This document shows positions 28,613 through 37,058 of a stretch of DNA of 64,000 nt, one piece after another (position 1 is the first letter of the stretch; the number at the start of each line of letters is the position of its first letter). Source of the stretch: Phycisphaerae bacterium (GTDB taxonomy: Bacteria; Planctomycetota; Phycisphaerae; Phycisphaerales; SM1A02). The notes under the pieces are model-generated. The model did no database searches and was not told the origin of the DNA. It saw nothing but the letters and a program-made list of their open reading frames with translations. The stretch lies in contig PBAY01000029.1 of assembly GCA_002717655.1 (NCBI GenBank), positions 15,242-79,241 of the forward strand, given 5' to 3'. A program made the translations under genes and the position numbers.

Positions 28613-29388
28613 TGAAACTCACGTTGCATATCTGGCGTCAAGCAAATGCTCAGGCCAAGGGCAAGCTCGAGCGGCATGAGATCGATGGAATCTCTGAGGA
28701 AATGTCCTTTCTTGAGATGCTTGATCTACTCAATGAAAAGCTCGTCACCGAAGGCAAGGATGCGATCACCTTCGACAGTGATTGTCGCGAAGGTATCTGC
28801 GGCGCCTGTTCTCTGGCGATCAACGGCAGGCCTCATGGTCCAGGTCAGGGCTGTACGACCTGCCAGGTACGAATGCGATCCTTCAAGGATGGCGATGAGA
28901 TCTGGGTCGAGCCTTTCCGAAGTGGTTCATTCCCGGTCGTCAAGGACCTGATGGTGGATCGATCGGCTCTTGATCGGATCATTCAGTCTGGTGGCCATAT
29001 CAACGTACATTCCGGGCCCAAGCCCGAGCCCAATTCAATCCCGGTCTCTCATCCAGTTGCCGAAGAGGCAATGGATGCTTCGGCCTGCATAGGTTGCGGG
29101 GCCTGTGTGGCAGCCTGTCCCAACAGTGCTGGCATGCTGTTCACCTCAGCCAAGGTCTCTCATCTTGGCCTGCTTCCTCAGGGGCAGCCTGAGCGATACA
29201 GCCGTGTGCAGAGCATGGTTCATCAGATGGAAGATGAGGGAATGGGTGGCTGTACGAATCACGGCGAGTGTCAGGATGCCTGTCCCATGGAAATCAGTCT
29301 GGCCTTCATCAGTCGCATGAACCGCGATTACATGAAAGCTACCTTGATCGAGCCCGATCAGCGACGCGGCAAGCTTTCCAATCAGTGA
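28612..29388 (+). CDS. sdhB: succinate dehydrogenase iron-sulfur subunit
   Basis: Three Cys clusters: CREGICGACS, CIGCGACVAACP and CTNHGECQDACP. Confidence 0.92.
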   Translation: MKLTLHIWRQANAQAKGKLERHEIDGISEEMSFLEMLDLLNEKLVTEGKDAITFDSDCREGICGACSLAINGRPHGPGQGCTTCQVRMRSFKDGDEIWVEPFRSGSFPVVKDLMVDRSALDRIIQSGGHINVHSGPKPEPNSIPVSHPVAEEAMDASACIGCGACVAACPNSAGMLFTSAKVSHLGLLPQGQPERYSRVQSMVHQMEDEGMGGCTNHGECQDACPMEISLAFISRMNRDYMKATLIEPDQRRGKLSNQ

Positions 29389-29389
29389 A

Positions 29390-29899
29390 TCAGTTCTGAA
29401 TTGCTGTTGAGGTCTCGTCGGCAGAGACGCGATACATCAATTCCGAATTCGAACTCTCGCTGCTTCCCAGCGGAAGGCTGCGGTCGATCGGCGGAATGGT
29501 ATTTCCGGTTGTCCACGTGGCACCGCCCAGAATCTCCCATTCGCCTGTTTCGATGACCAGGTGGCCTTCGGCATAGCCTTCCTTGAAAAACCTCAGAAAG
29601 ACGGGGCGTTGGCCGGCGACGATCATTCGGCTCATGCCTTGTTCATTGGTTTCGCCTATGGCAGCCGCGGGATCTGGTGGGGGGCCGAAGGCGGCACCCG
29701 GGGCGCCGATCGTTGTGGGTTGCATGGTGGGAACATAGAACGTTCCTCCGCTTGCATGAATGATCACACCTTGTACCGGTTGTCCGCTGGTGGCATCCGC
29801 GACTTCAATCACCACAGGCATGGGCCGTGATGGTGCGCATGAGGCCAGTGTCAGAATGGCAATCATGCTCAGGATGCGAGTGGGGGTCATGACAGGCAT
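29390..29899 (-). CDS. lipoprotein of unknown function
   Basis: MPVMTPTRILSMIAILTLASCAP (lipobox LASC). The ORF is open to 30007. Its stop abuts the sdhB stop with a 1-nt gap. Confidence 0.5.
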   Translation of the reverse strand: MPVMTPTRILSMIAILTLASCAPSRPMPVVIEVADATSGQPVQGVIIHASGGTFYVPTMQPTTIGAPGAAFGPPPDPAAAIGETNEQGMSRMIVAGQRPVFLRFFKEGYAEGHLVIETGEWEILGGATWTTGNTIPPIDRSLPLGSSESSNSELMYRVSADETSTAIQN

Positions 29900-30060
29900 G
29901 CTACGGGGCTGGGGCCACCTCGTGCGGTTCAGCTGCAAGGGAATCATGCCTGTGGACAGCATGGCGAACAGTAGGTCGCAGCATGGTGGATAGGCGCAAA
30001 CGGACAATCAGCCTGGCCATGGCTTGTTGTCTCGCTTGGATATCGGATTGGCCGTGCAAG

Positions 30061-30148
30061 CGGTGGAGGTGGGATTCGAACCCACGAACGAGGAAACCCC
30101 GTTACCGGTTTTCAAGACCGGCGCCTTCAACCGCTCGGCCACCCCACC
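30061..30148 (-). tRNA. tRNA-Ser (anticodon TGA)
   Basis: Minus strand reads GGTGGGGTGGCCGAGCGGTTGAAGGCGCCGGTCTTGAAAACCGGTAACGGGGTTTCCTCGTTCGTGGGTTCGAATCCCACCTCCACCG. Loop CTTGAAA, long variable arm, no encoded CCA. Confidence 0.9.
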
Positions 30149-30221
30149 GGAATATTTGCACGTGTTGCCAATAAAATAACTCCCCCGCCGAAACAGGGGA
30201 GTCATCATTATAAGCGATCAC

Positions 30222-30494
30222 TCAATAGCGGTCGCGGCGTGGACCGCCACTTTGTCGCTCGCGAGCCTGATTCACGTTCAACGTGCGGCCGTCGAGCTCA
30301 GTTCCGCCGAGCTTCTCGATGGCATTGCGGCCATCATCTTCGTTTGCCATCGTGACGAATGCAAAGCCGCGAGGGCGGCCGGTGTCACGGTCAGTAATGA
30401 TTGCAACTTCTTCGACGGTGCCATGGGCAGCAAACGCGTCGCGAAGTGTGTCTTCAGTCGTATCGAAATTCAGGTTGCCTACGTAAAGCCTCAA
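30222..30494 (-). CDS. RRM-type RNA-binding protein
   Basis: RNP2 LYVGNL, RNP1 RGFAFVTM and a Gly/Arg tail. TTG start lies 7 nt after GGAGAG. The ORF is open to 30560. Confidence 0.85.
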   Translation of the reverse strand: MRLYVGNLNFDTTEDTLRDAFAAHGTVEEVAIITDRDTGRPRGFAFVTMANEDDGRNAIEKLGGTELDGRTLNVNQARERQSGGPRRDRY

Positions 30495-30810
30495 AGCACC
30501 ACTCTCCAAATCAGGGACACAAAAAGTTCCTCGGAACGGTGCTTGGGAGATCGCCCACACGTTGGGTGACCATTAGCGAGCCGCTCTCTATCCGGCTGGA
30601 TAGGGCTCCAGAACACAAAAATATAGTACCTAAATACAGTCGATTTGAGTCACCCCACATTCCTTGCAGGTTTCGTCTTCTGTTGACCGAGGCCGTTCTG
30701 GCATCCTCAGGAGCGATAAACATGCATTTATTAGGCTGTTTGAGGGGGGTTGGTAAGTGGCTGGTCAGTGGAGGATTCCGCCTTGATATCTGTTAAATCG
30801 CCCTTTGCAG

Positions 30811-30860
30811 GGTCACATGCTGGATGTCAGATGTGATGCCTGGTGACATGCGGGTGTCAG
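30811..30860. repeat. two about 20-nt imperfect direct repeats with nested TGACAT/ATGTCA and TCACAT/ATGTGA inverted half-sites (candidate operator)
   Basis: GGTCACATGCTGGATGTCAG (30811-30830) and GGTGACATGCGGGTGTCAG (30842-30860), about 95-145 nt upstream of the monooxygenase ATG at 30955. Confidence 0.4.
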
Positions 30861-30954
30861 CTCAAAATTAAATTGCTTTACTGATGGTTTCCCTGCTTTC
30901 CGGCTCACTTTGGTGGTCGTTGGGGAAATTGTTGATTGAGTAGGATGCGGCTTC

Positions 30955-32520
30955 ATGACCGTACAGGAGCATCCAGTCGTTGTTGTTGGTGCGGGGCCAG
31001 TTGGGCTCTCTGCAGCTTTGGCCATGGCTCGTCATGGAACACCTGTTCGCATCATTGATGCAGCTGACACTCCCTCGGACTATTCCAAGGCATTGGTTCT
31101 GTGGCGGCGATCAATACAGGTGCTAGATCCAGTTATTCCGCATGAGGCTGTTCATTCAGGGCATCATCCTGTCAATGGCCTCGAGTTCCGGTCCGATGGG
31201 AAGCGGTTGGCTTATCTGGATTTCGATTCAAAGGACCGTGGCCTGGTTGCCGGTCTGCTGGTGCCTCAATATGACACGGAACGAATGCTGGCCCAGGCGT
31301 TGGTCGAGCTCGGAATTCAGATCGAACGATCCACATGTCTGAAATCATTCAAGGCAGATGAAGAGGGGGTCGACCTTCAGCTCGAGGGGCCAGGAGGATT
31401 GGAATCTGTACGAACTCAGTGGCTGGGAGGTTGTGATGGAGGACATTCCACGATCAGGCATGGTCTGGGTATCGAGTTTCCCGGAGAGACGAGTGATCGC
31501 AAGTGGCTTCTGGCGGACATCGTCATTGCGGAAGAAGAAGATCCCAGTCGGGTCTTTATTGAAACTTCCACAGCAGGAACGACTGCATTCTTCCCAATGG
31601 GCCCAAGTCATTGGAGAGTGGTTGCTGATGCCGGGCCAGTTGTCGAAGGAGAACCTCCGGCTGAGGTGACCGTTGAGATGGTCGCCGAACTGCTTGCCAC
31701 TCGAACCAGCCGTGATTGGACCATCATCAAGTCGCCATGGCTGACTGAATTCAGGGTGAATGAGCGTCAGATTGAACAGTACGTCCATGGTCGTGTCTTG
31801 CTGGCTGGAGATGCGGCCCATGTGCACAGCCCCGCTGGCGGGCAGGGTATGAACACCGGTATTCAGGATGCCTTCAATCTGGGGTGGAAGCTCTCTCTTG
31901 TTCTTGCAGGTGGCGCACCGGAATCCTTGATGCAGACCTATCACGAGGAACGACACCCAATTGGTGCAATGGTGGTCAGGGAGAGTTCAAGGCTTCTGAA
32001 GTTCGGGACCGACAACAGGCCATTGGCTCGTGGAATCAGGTCGGTCATGTTGCCTCTGGTAGCCTCGCTTGGGCCTGCCAGAAGGAAGATCATGGCCATG
32101 TTGACGGAGGATGCCGTGAACTACCGCCAGAGTTCCTTGGCAGGCATTGGGCGTCATCATGCGCGATGCGTGCCTGGTGATGCGTTCCCGGATGTGCAGA
32201 TCATGGTCAAAGGCGAGTCTCGATCATCCACTGACTTGTTGAGGGCAGGCCCGGTGACCCTCATCGTGATCGGGCCGGCTCAGGAGACTGGCGGTTTCAG
32301 GTTTGGAAGGGACTGTGATGGGTTCGAGGTCTCCACCTTCCGAATTGATGATGATGCCGAGGTGCAGGATCCTCATCATGAACTGGCCTCGAGGTTTGGC
32401 CTGGTCAATGGTGGGTTGATTCTGGTTCGTCCTGATGGCGTTGTTGCCGCAGTAGAAATGTGTGTCGAGGATCTGAACAGATGGTCGGCCATGAGGCTGC
32501 TTGGAGAATCGACTGTTTGA
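30955..32520 (+). CDS. FAD-dependent aromatic-ring monooxygenase (PheA/TfdB-type hydroxylase)
   Basis: VVVVGAGPVGLSAALAMARHG, CDGGHSTIR, GRVLLAGDAAHVHSPAGGQGMNTGIQDAFNLGWKL, plus a thioredoxin-like C-terminal domain. Confidence 0.85.
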   Translation: MTVQEHPVVVVGAGPVGLSAALAMARHGTPVRIIDAADTPSDYSKALVLWRRSIQVLDPVIPHEAVHSGHHPVNGLEFRSDGKRLAYLDFDSKDRGLVAGLLVPQYDTERMLAQALVELGIQIERSTCLKSFKADEEGVDLQLEGPGGLESVRTQWLGGCDGGHSTIRHGLGIEFPGETSDRKWLLADIVIAEEEDPSRVFIETSTAGTTAFFPMGPSHWRVVADAGPVVEGEPPAEVTVEMVAELLATRTSRDWTIIKSPWLTEFRVNERQIEQYVHGRVLLAGDAAHVHSPAGGQGMNTGIQDAFNLGWKLSLVLAGGAPESLMQTYHEERHPIGAMVVRESSRLLKFGTDNRPLARGIRSVMLPLVASLGPARRKIMAMLTEDAVNYRQSSLAGIGRHHARCVPGDAFPDVQIMVKGESRSSTDLLRAGPVTLIVIGPAQETGGFRFGRDCDGFEVSTFRIDDDAEVQDPHHELASRFGLVNGGLILVRPDGVVAAVEMCVEDLNRWSAMRLLGESTV

Positions 32521-32608
32521 ATTCAGAAATCATGTATGCGTAATCATGTCTCTTGATTTCATCAAGAATCAAAATGGAAATAAGTGCCCAAGATCGGGAG
32601 TATTGAAA

Positions 32609-33553
32609 ATGATGCAGATGATCAAATTGACTCAGCTACCAGCACTTTTGTTGGTGGTGTTGCTGTCAGGGTTGGGGCCGGTTGCTTGCGGTGAGGGGAG
32701 TAGTGGTTTTGACTACTCCAAACCTGATGCGATAGTGGTCGCGATACACACGGCAGTAAAGGAAGACAAGCCTATTCTTGTTTGGAATGGCTTGCCCTCG
32801 GCATGGCGTACGGACATCAATGGTCTGATTCGAGAGTTTGGCAGTAAGGTCGATGAAAAGGCCTATGACTCAGTCATGAAAACGGCTCGGCTTGCAGTCG
32901 GCATCCTGGCAGACAAGAAGACCTTCATTCTCAATAGTGCCATGGGCCAGATGTTCATGCAGGGCATGCAGCAATCACTAGGAGAACAGGTCGAGCTCGT
33001 GACGGAGAACTATGACCTCATCGTGACGATGCTCAAAACGGTTGTGGAAAGTGATCTTGGGACAGCTGAGGGTCTGAAGCGCTGTGATCTGGGACTGCTG
33101 ATCGGCAAGTATGGCCCAGAGCTCATGAGGCTGAACAAGGCTGTTGCAGACTTGGATCTGCCTGGCTCCGAGATGAAGGAACTTCGAGAAGCGTTGGCTT
33201 CAGCAGAGGGGATGACGGCCAAGGTTGACAGTATGACTGGTGATGAGGCGACCATTACACTCATCATGCCTGGCCGGCCTGATCAGCCGACTCAAATGAA
33301 GAAAGTCGGTAATCGGTGGGTTCCTGCGGGCATGGCAGCTCAGATGCCGATGATGATGGCAATGGCCAAGAGTGAGCTCGCCGGCATGGATATGACGGAG
33401 CTGAATGATTCACTCAAGCTGGCTCAGGCCATGCTGCCCATGGTCGATAAGGCGATGGAGCCTCTTGAAGCAGCCAAGACTCAGGAGGAGTTTGACCAGG
33501 GTGTCATGCAAATGATGATGATGATGGGTACGGCCATGCAGTCTCAGGAGTAG
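32609..33553 (+). CDS. lipoprotein with a Met-rich C-terminal region
   Basis: MMQMIKLTQLPALLLVVLLSGLGPVACG (lipobox). The last ~105 aa contain about 20 Met, including PMMMAMA and QMMMMMG. Confidence 0.7.
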   Translation: MMQMIKLTQLPALLLVVLLSGLGPVACGEGSSGFDYSKPDAIVVAIHTAVKEDKPILVWNGLPSAWRTDINGLIREFGSKVDEKAYDSVMKTARLAVGILADKKTFILNSAMGQMFMQGMQQSLGEQVELVTENYDLIVTMLKTVVESDLGTAEGLKRCDLGLLIGKYGPELMRLNKAVADLDLPGSEMKELREALASAEGMTAKVDSMTGDEATITLIMPGRPDQPTQMKKVGNRWVPAGMAAQMPMMMAMAKSELAGMDMTELNDSLKLAQAMLPMVDKAMEPLEAAKTQEEFDQGVMQMMMMMGTAMQSQE

Positions 33554-33592
33554 GATTCAGGCCCGGTTGATTGTTTCAACTTGATTTGACTT

Positions 33593-33621
33593 GGCCCGCC
33601 TTCGTGGCGGGCCATTTTCTT
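33593..33621 (+). terminator. rho-independent terminator
   Basis: GGCCCGCC-TTCGT-GGCGGGCC followed by ATTTTCTT, 40 nt after the stop at 33553. Confidence 0.8.
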
Positions 33622-33867
33622 GGGGTTCTCAAAATGCACCACTGGTGCTAAACCGCAGTTGCTTCTCAAATCAGCCATTCTTTTGAGGAGGCCTGGAACT
33701 CGGCAGTAGGGTCTGAATATGTTTCCAACAGGTACCAATCAGGATCTTCTGCCTCGCCCGCTTCCCACGCGGCTTGTACCCTATCTGCACCCCCGTACTC
33801 GGGTTCGGCCCATGAGATGGATGCCCATTGGCCAAGCAGGCCTCAACAGTGATCAGGAGAGACGACG

Positions 33868-34215
33868 ATGCGAATTCTTAGCCTCACGGCAATCATGACC
33901 AGCCTCAGCCTCATGGGTTGCGACCCCTTGTCTACCAAGGATCTCGGTGCTCAGGAGAATGCCATTCAGGCAGAAGGTCAGATGGCCATGCAGGAACAGA
34001 GCGGCACGGTCGGTAATTCCTCCTACTCGGAGCTCGAGTCAAATGTGAACATGGTCAAGGATCCATTTGATCCAGATCCTTTCATCGAAGCGCAGCGTCA
34101 GGAATTGGCAAGTCGTGACCTCGAAGGTACCGAGGTGCCTGGTGCTGAGGGTGAAGGCGATGGTACCAATCCCAACCAGGTCAATCCGATTACCGGAAAC
34201 ATCGACCAGCCTTGA
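33868..34215 (+). CDS. small acidic lipoprotein
   Basis: MRILSLTAIMTSLSLMGCDP (lipobox LMGC). ATG preceded by AGGAGAG. Confidence 0.55.
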   Translation: MRILSLTAIMTSLSLMGCDPLSTKDLGAQENAIQAEGQMAMQEQSGTVGNSSYSELESNVNMVKDPFDPDPFIEAQRQELASRDLEGTEVPGAEGEGDGTNPNQVNPITGNIDQP

Positions 34216-34221
34216 TTGGTC

Positions 34222-35115
34222 TCACGGCCAGAGCCGTGCAGCACCACGAATTCCACTGCTGTCCCCGTGCATCGCAGGAACGATGTTTGTCCTGATGACA
34301 TCGCTGAATGCGTAGGTTGCCAGTCTGCCTGGGATATCCGTGTAGATCGCCTCGATACGATTGAGTCCGCCGCCTACGACGATGTAGTCCGGATCGAGAA
34401 TATTGAGGACGACGGCAATTGATCTGGCGAGTCGATCCAGCCAGTCCTCCAGTAGATGACGGGCGTCGGTGCGTGAGGCAATGTCAGTGGCTTGACCAAT
34501 CGAGAGGCCATCTTCTTCTGCCAATGATTCAACGGCCGTTCCACTGAGCCAGGTCTCGAGGCAGCCATGCCTTCCGCAATAGCACTTGCGGCCAGGGGAT
34601 TCGGTTGTCGATGGCCATGGCAACGGCATGTGTCCCCATTCGCCGCCGATGGCATTGTGTCCGATCAGCAACTGCTGATTCACGACTACGCCGCCGCCGA
34701 CACCCGTGCCCAGAATGATTCCGAAGACCACCTTGCCTTCATGAGCAGCACCATCGACGGCTTCACTCAAGGCCAGACAGTTGGCGTCGTTGGCCAGGCG
34801 TACAGGTCGATCAAGTGTCGATTCCAGATCTTGCTGAAGTGGCTTGTCGTTGAGGCACTGTGAGTTGGCGTTGCGCATCAGCCCGCTGGCAGGCGAGGGG
34901 CTGCCTGGTACACCGATGCCAAGTGGGAGTGGTTTCAGATCATGATCTGCTTCTATTTCGAGCACCAGATCACGAATGCAATCAAGTGTGCCTTGATAAT
35001 CGCCGGTCGGAGTGGGGCGGCGAATGCGGGAAATCAACGAGCCTGATGGCTCGAGAAGGGCGGCTTCAATCTTGGTTCCGCCCAGGTCCACACCAAGGCG
35101 ATACGAAGTGCTCAT
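34222..35115 (-). CDS. ROK-family sugar kinase (glucokinase / N-acetylglucosamine kinase-like)
   Basis: LGVDLGGTKIEAAL, GTGVGGGVV and the zinc motif CYCGRHGCLETWLSG. The ORF is open to 35166. Confidence 0.85.
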   Translation of the reverse strand: MSTSYRLGVDLGGTKIEAALLEPSGSLISRIRRPTPTGDYQGTLDCIRDLVLEIEADHDLKPLPLGIGVPGSPSPASGLMRNANSQCLNDKPLQQDLESTLDRPVRLANDANCLALSEAVDGAAHEGKVVFGIILGTGVGGGVVVNQQLLIGHNAIGGEWGHMPLPWPSTTESPGRKCYCGRHGCLETWLSGTAVESLAEEDGLSIGQATDIASRTDARHLLEDWLDRLARSIAVVLNILDPDYIVVGGGLNRIEAIYTDIPGRLATYAFSDVIRTNIVPAMHGDSSGIRGAARLWP

Positions 35116-35221
35116 GGCAGAAGTGTAGCGGCGACAAGGGCTTCTTCTGGTCAGGCTGCAGGCCATCCTCTGGGAATCTTGCCGGAGCGCCTTGGCCCGG
35201 ATACGATCTGTCGCTTCGCCC

Positions 35222-35293
35222 GGCCCCGTCGTCTAGCGGCTAGGACGTGAGGTTCTCATCCTCAAAACGGGAGTTCGATTCTCCCCGGGGTCA
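35222..35293 (+). tRNA. tRNA-Glu (anticodon CTC)
   Basis: GGCCCCGTCGTCTAGCGGCTAGGACGTGAGGTTCTCATCCTCAAAACGGGAGTTCGATTCTCCCCGGGGTCA. Loop TTCTCAT, no encoded CCA. Confidence 0.9.
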
Positions 35294-35310
35294 TTCGGAG
35301 AAGGAAAGGC

Positions 35311-35349
35311 AGGAGCCGGCCCGTCAAGGTGCCGGCTCCTTGCCATTTT
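35311..35349. terminator. 10-bp perfect hairpin, possible bidirectional terminator
   Basis: AGGAGCCGGC-10 nt-GCCGGCTCCT, then TGCCATTTTA. Lies between tRNA-Glu (+) and the 3' end of the MFS gene (-). Confidence 0.5.
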
Positions 35350-35366
35350 ATCCTCTGTAACTTTTG

Positions 35367-36992
35367 CTAATCCAAGGAGGTGACCTTCACGCGTTGGTCT
35401 TCCTCGGCGGGGAGGTCGGTGACACCAAGATCAACAGGTTTGTACCCACCCTGAGAGCGGTAGTAGAGCATCAGGAGCAGGTAGCAGATGGCCATGAAGA
35501 TCGGCGGGAAGGCGGCCAATTCAAGGGCATCCATCTTGCCTTCCTGTCGAAGCTCCATGACGGCATCGTGGGCCTCTGGACTTTCCGTCTCCAAGGCGGC
35601 AAGTTTGTCCAGATCGATCTTTCTGTATTCGCCAAAGACACTGGTCTGGACCTCGTCATGAAGAACGAGCTCACTGGCAACAAGGGCTTCATCCGATTCG
35701 GGTGCCACAAGGTTCTGATGCACCTGATTGTCCTGAAGATTGCCCAGCAGCGGAGCGCCGATGATTCCGACTCCAAGCATGCCGACACCGGCAATGGCAT
35801 TGAGGGTCAACGCGCCACCCTTGGGGAACTGCTCGGCCACCAGCCCCAGCGTGCATGGCCAGAAGAAGGTCTGTCCGATGCCATAGACGGTGGCCGCGAT
35901 GAGGATGATTGCTGTGGACTCTGCACCTGCATTGGCCAGCCCATAGATGCCAATTGCGGCGAATACGGAGCAGGTCGCAAGGACTCCAAGTGGCCCGAGT
36001 ACTTTGACAATTGGCCCGATGCAGAACCGAAGGACCGTCATGATGAAGGCGGTATAGACCAGGACCCAGGCGCCGTTGATTTTCCATTCCTTGGTGATGG
36101 GCTCCATGAGTTCCTTGATCCAGCTATCGGTTCCAAGTTCAGTCGTTGCCAGTGGGATCATGATCAGAAGAAGCAGGATGAAGATGGCTCGCCCGAAGGC
36201 CAGTACGTAGATGCCGTAGCACACGCAGACGAACAGAATGATGTCGCCCTGCAGCCATGGTTCGATTCCGTAGATGCGCCCGATTTCCGCCACGATCAAT
36301 GCGGTGGAAATGAGGCAACCGAAGATGCCCGCTTCCTGAAGCATCGCCTTGTAGGGCACGCCTGCAGCGACGCGTTCACTGATCGGGAACCGGCAGTTCA
36401 GCAGCATGAGGCCGTAGGCGATCACGGGGATCAGGATGAGGCCGATCTGCCATCTCCAGCCAATGTCGCTGCCGTCCTCAAGTTGAATGGTTCCGACGAA
36501 GATCGCGAGCAGGCCAGCGAGGACCAGACCACCGGGCCATCCTGCATGAAGGATGGTGAGCCATTTGGTCTTGTTGCGATGATAGATCGATGCGATGACC
36601 GGGTTGATCACGGCCTCGATGGTGCCGTTGCCCAACGCGCCGATGAAGGTTCCAATCCAGAGCCAGTCGTAATTCTTCGCCGTGATCAACAGGAAGACCT
36701 GGGCGAGATGGCAGAAGAAGGCGAACCACATGGCGATCGTGTAGCCGATTCGATCGATGACCAGCGAGAAGAGAATGATGCTGATGGCGAAAGGCCACAG
36801 GCCGACTCCGAAGAGCTGACCCTTCTCTGTTTCAGAGAGGCCGAACTCGACTTGCCAGGTATCCATCACGGCAACTCGCACCATGAAGCCGAAGGCCGTG
36901 GCGATCAGCGAGATGAAGCAGAGCAGGAAGATGTACTTGTTCGGAGAGGCTCCGGGACGGTTGCTGCCGAGTGAGGGTTCGGAAGTAGTCAA
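35367..36992 (-). CDS. MFS-type transporter
   Basis: About 12-14 hydrophobic helices. TTG at 36992 lies 6 nt after GAGGAG. The ORF is open to 37034. Confidence 0.75.
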   Translation of the reverse strand: MTTSEPSLGSNRPGASPNKYIFLLCFISLIATAFGFMVRVAVMDTWQVEFGLSETEKGQLFGVGLWPFAISIILFSLVIDRIGYTIAMWFAFFCHLAQVFLLITAKNYDWLWIGTFIGALGNGTIEAVINPVIASIYHRNKTKWLTILHAGWPGGLVLAGLLAIFVGTIQLEDGSDIGWRWQIGLILIPVIAYGLMLLNCRFPISERVAAGVPYKAMLQEAGIFGCLISTALIVAEIGRIYGIEPWLQGDIILFVCVCYGIYVLAFGRAIFILLLLIMIPLATTELGTDSWIKELMEPITKEWKINGAWVLVYTAFIMTVLRFCIGPIVKVLGPLGVLATCSVFAAIGIYGLANAGAESTAIILIAATVYGIGQTFFWPCTLGLVAEQFPKGGALTLNAIAGVGMLGVGIIGAPLLGNLQDNQVHQNLVAPESDEALVASELVLHDEVQTSVFGEYRKIDLDKLAALETESPEAHDAVMELRQEGKMDALELAAFPPIFMAICYLLLMLYYRSQGGYKPVDLGVTDLPAEEDQRVKVTSLD

Positions 36993-37058
36993 GCGATGCT
37001 CCTCATGTCTTGGTTCTCTGATCAAGCCGGGCAATAGCGAAGTCGAGGATAACCCGAT

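Noticed and set aside
30061-30148. Whether the long-variable-arm tRNA could be tRNA-Sec.
   Set aside because: The anticodon loop CTTGAAA gives anticodon UGA, which reads the Ser codon UCA, not UCA (Sec). The acceptor stem is 7 bp. It is an ordinary tRNA-Ser.
33544-33738. A 64-aa minus-strand ORF in the spacer after the Met-rich lipoprotein gene.
   Set aside because: It spans the plus-strand terminator hairpin. It has no RBS and no protein-like features. Likely non-coding.
35364-36974. A 536-codon stop-free ORF on the plus strand, exactly antisense to and codon-aligned with the MFS transporter gene.
   Set aside because: The frames are codon-aligned, so plus-strand stops could arise only from TTA, CTA or TCA codons in the minus-strand gene. 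Those are rare codons in this GC-leaning genome. The translation is a charged low-complexity string (DE/RG/H-rich) with no motifs, while the minus-strand product is a textbook polytopic transporter. Treated as a shadow ORF.
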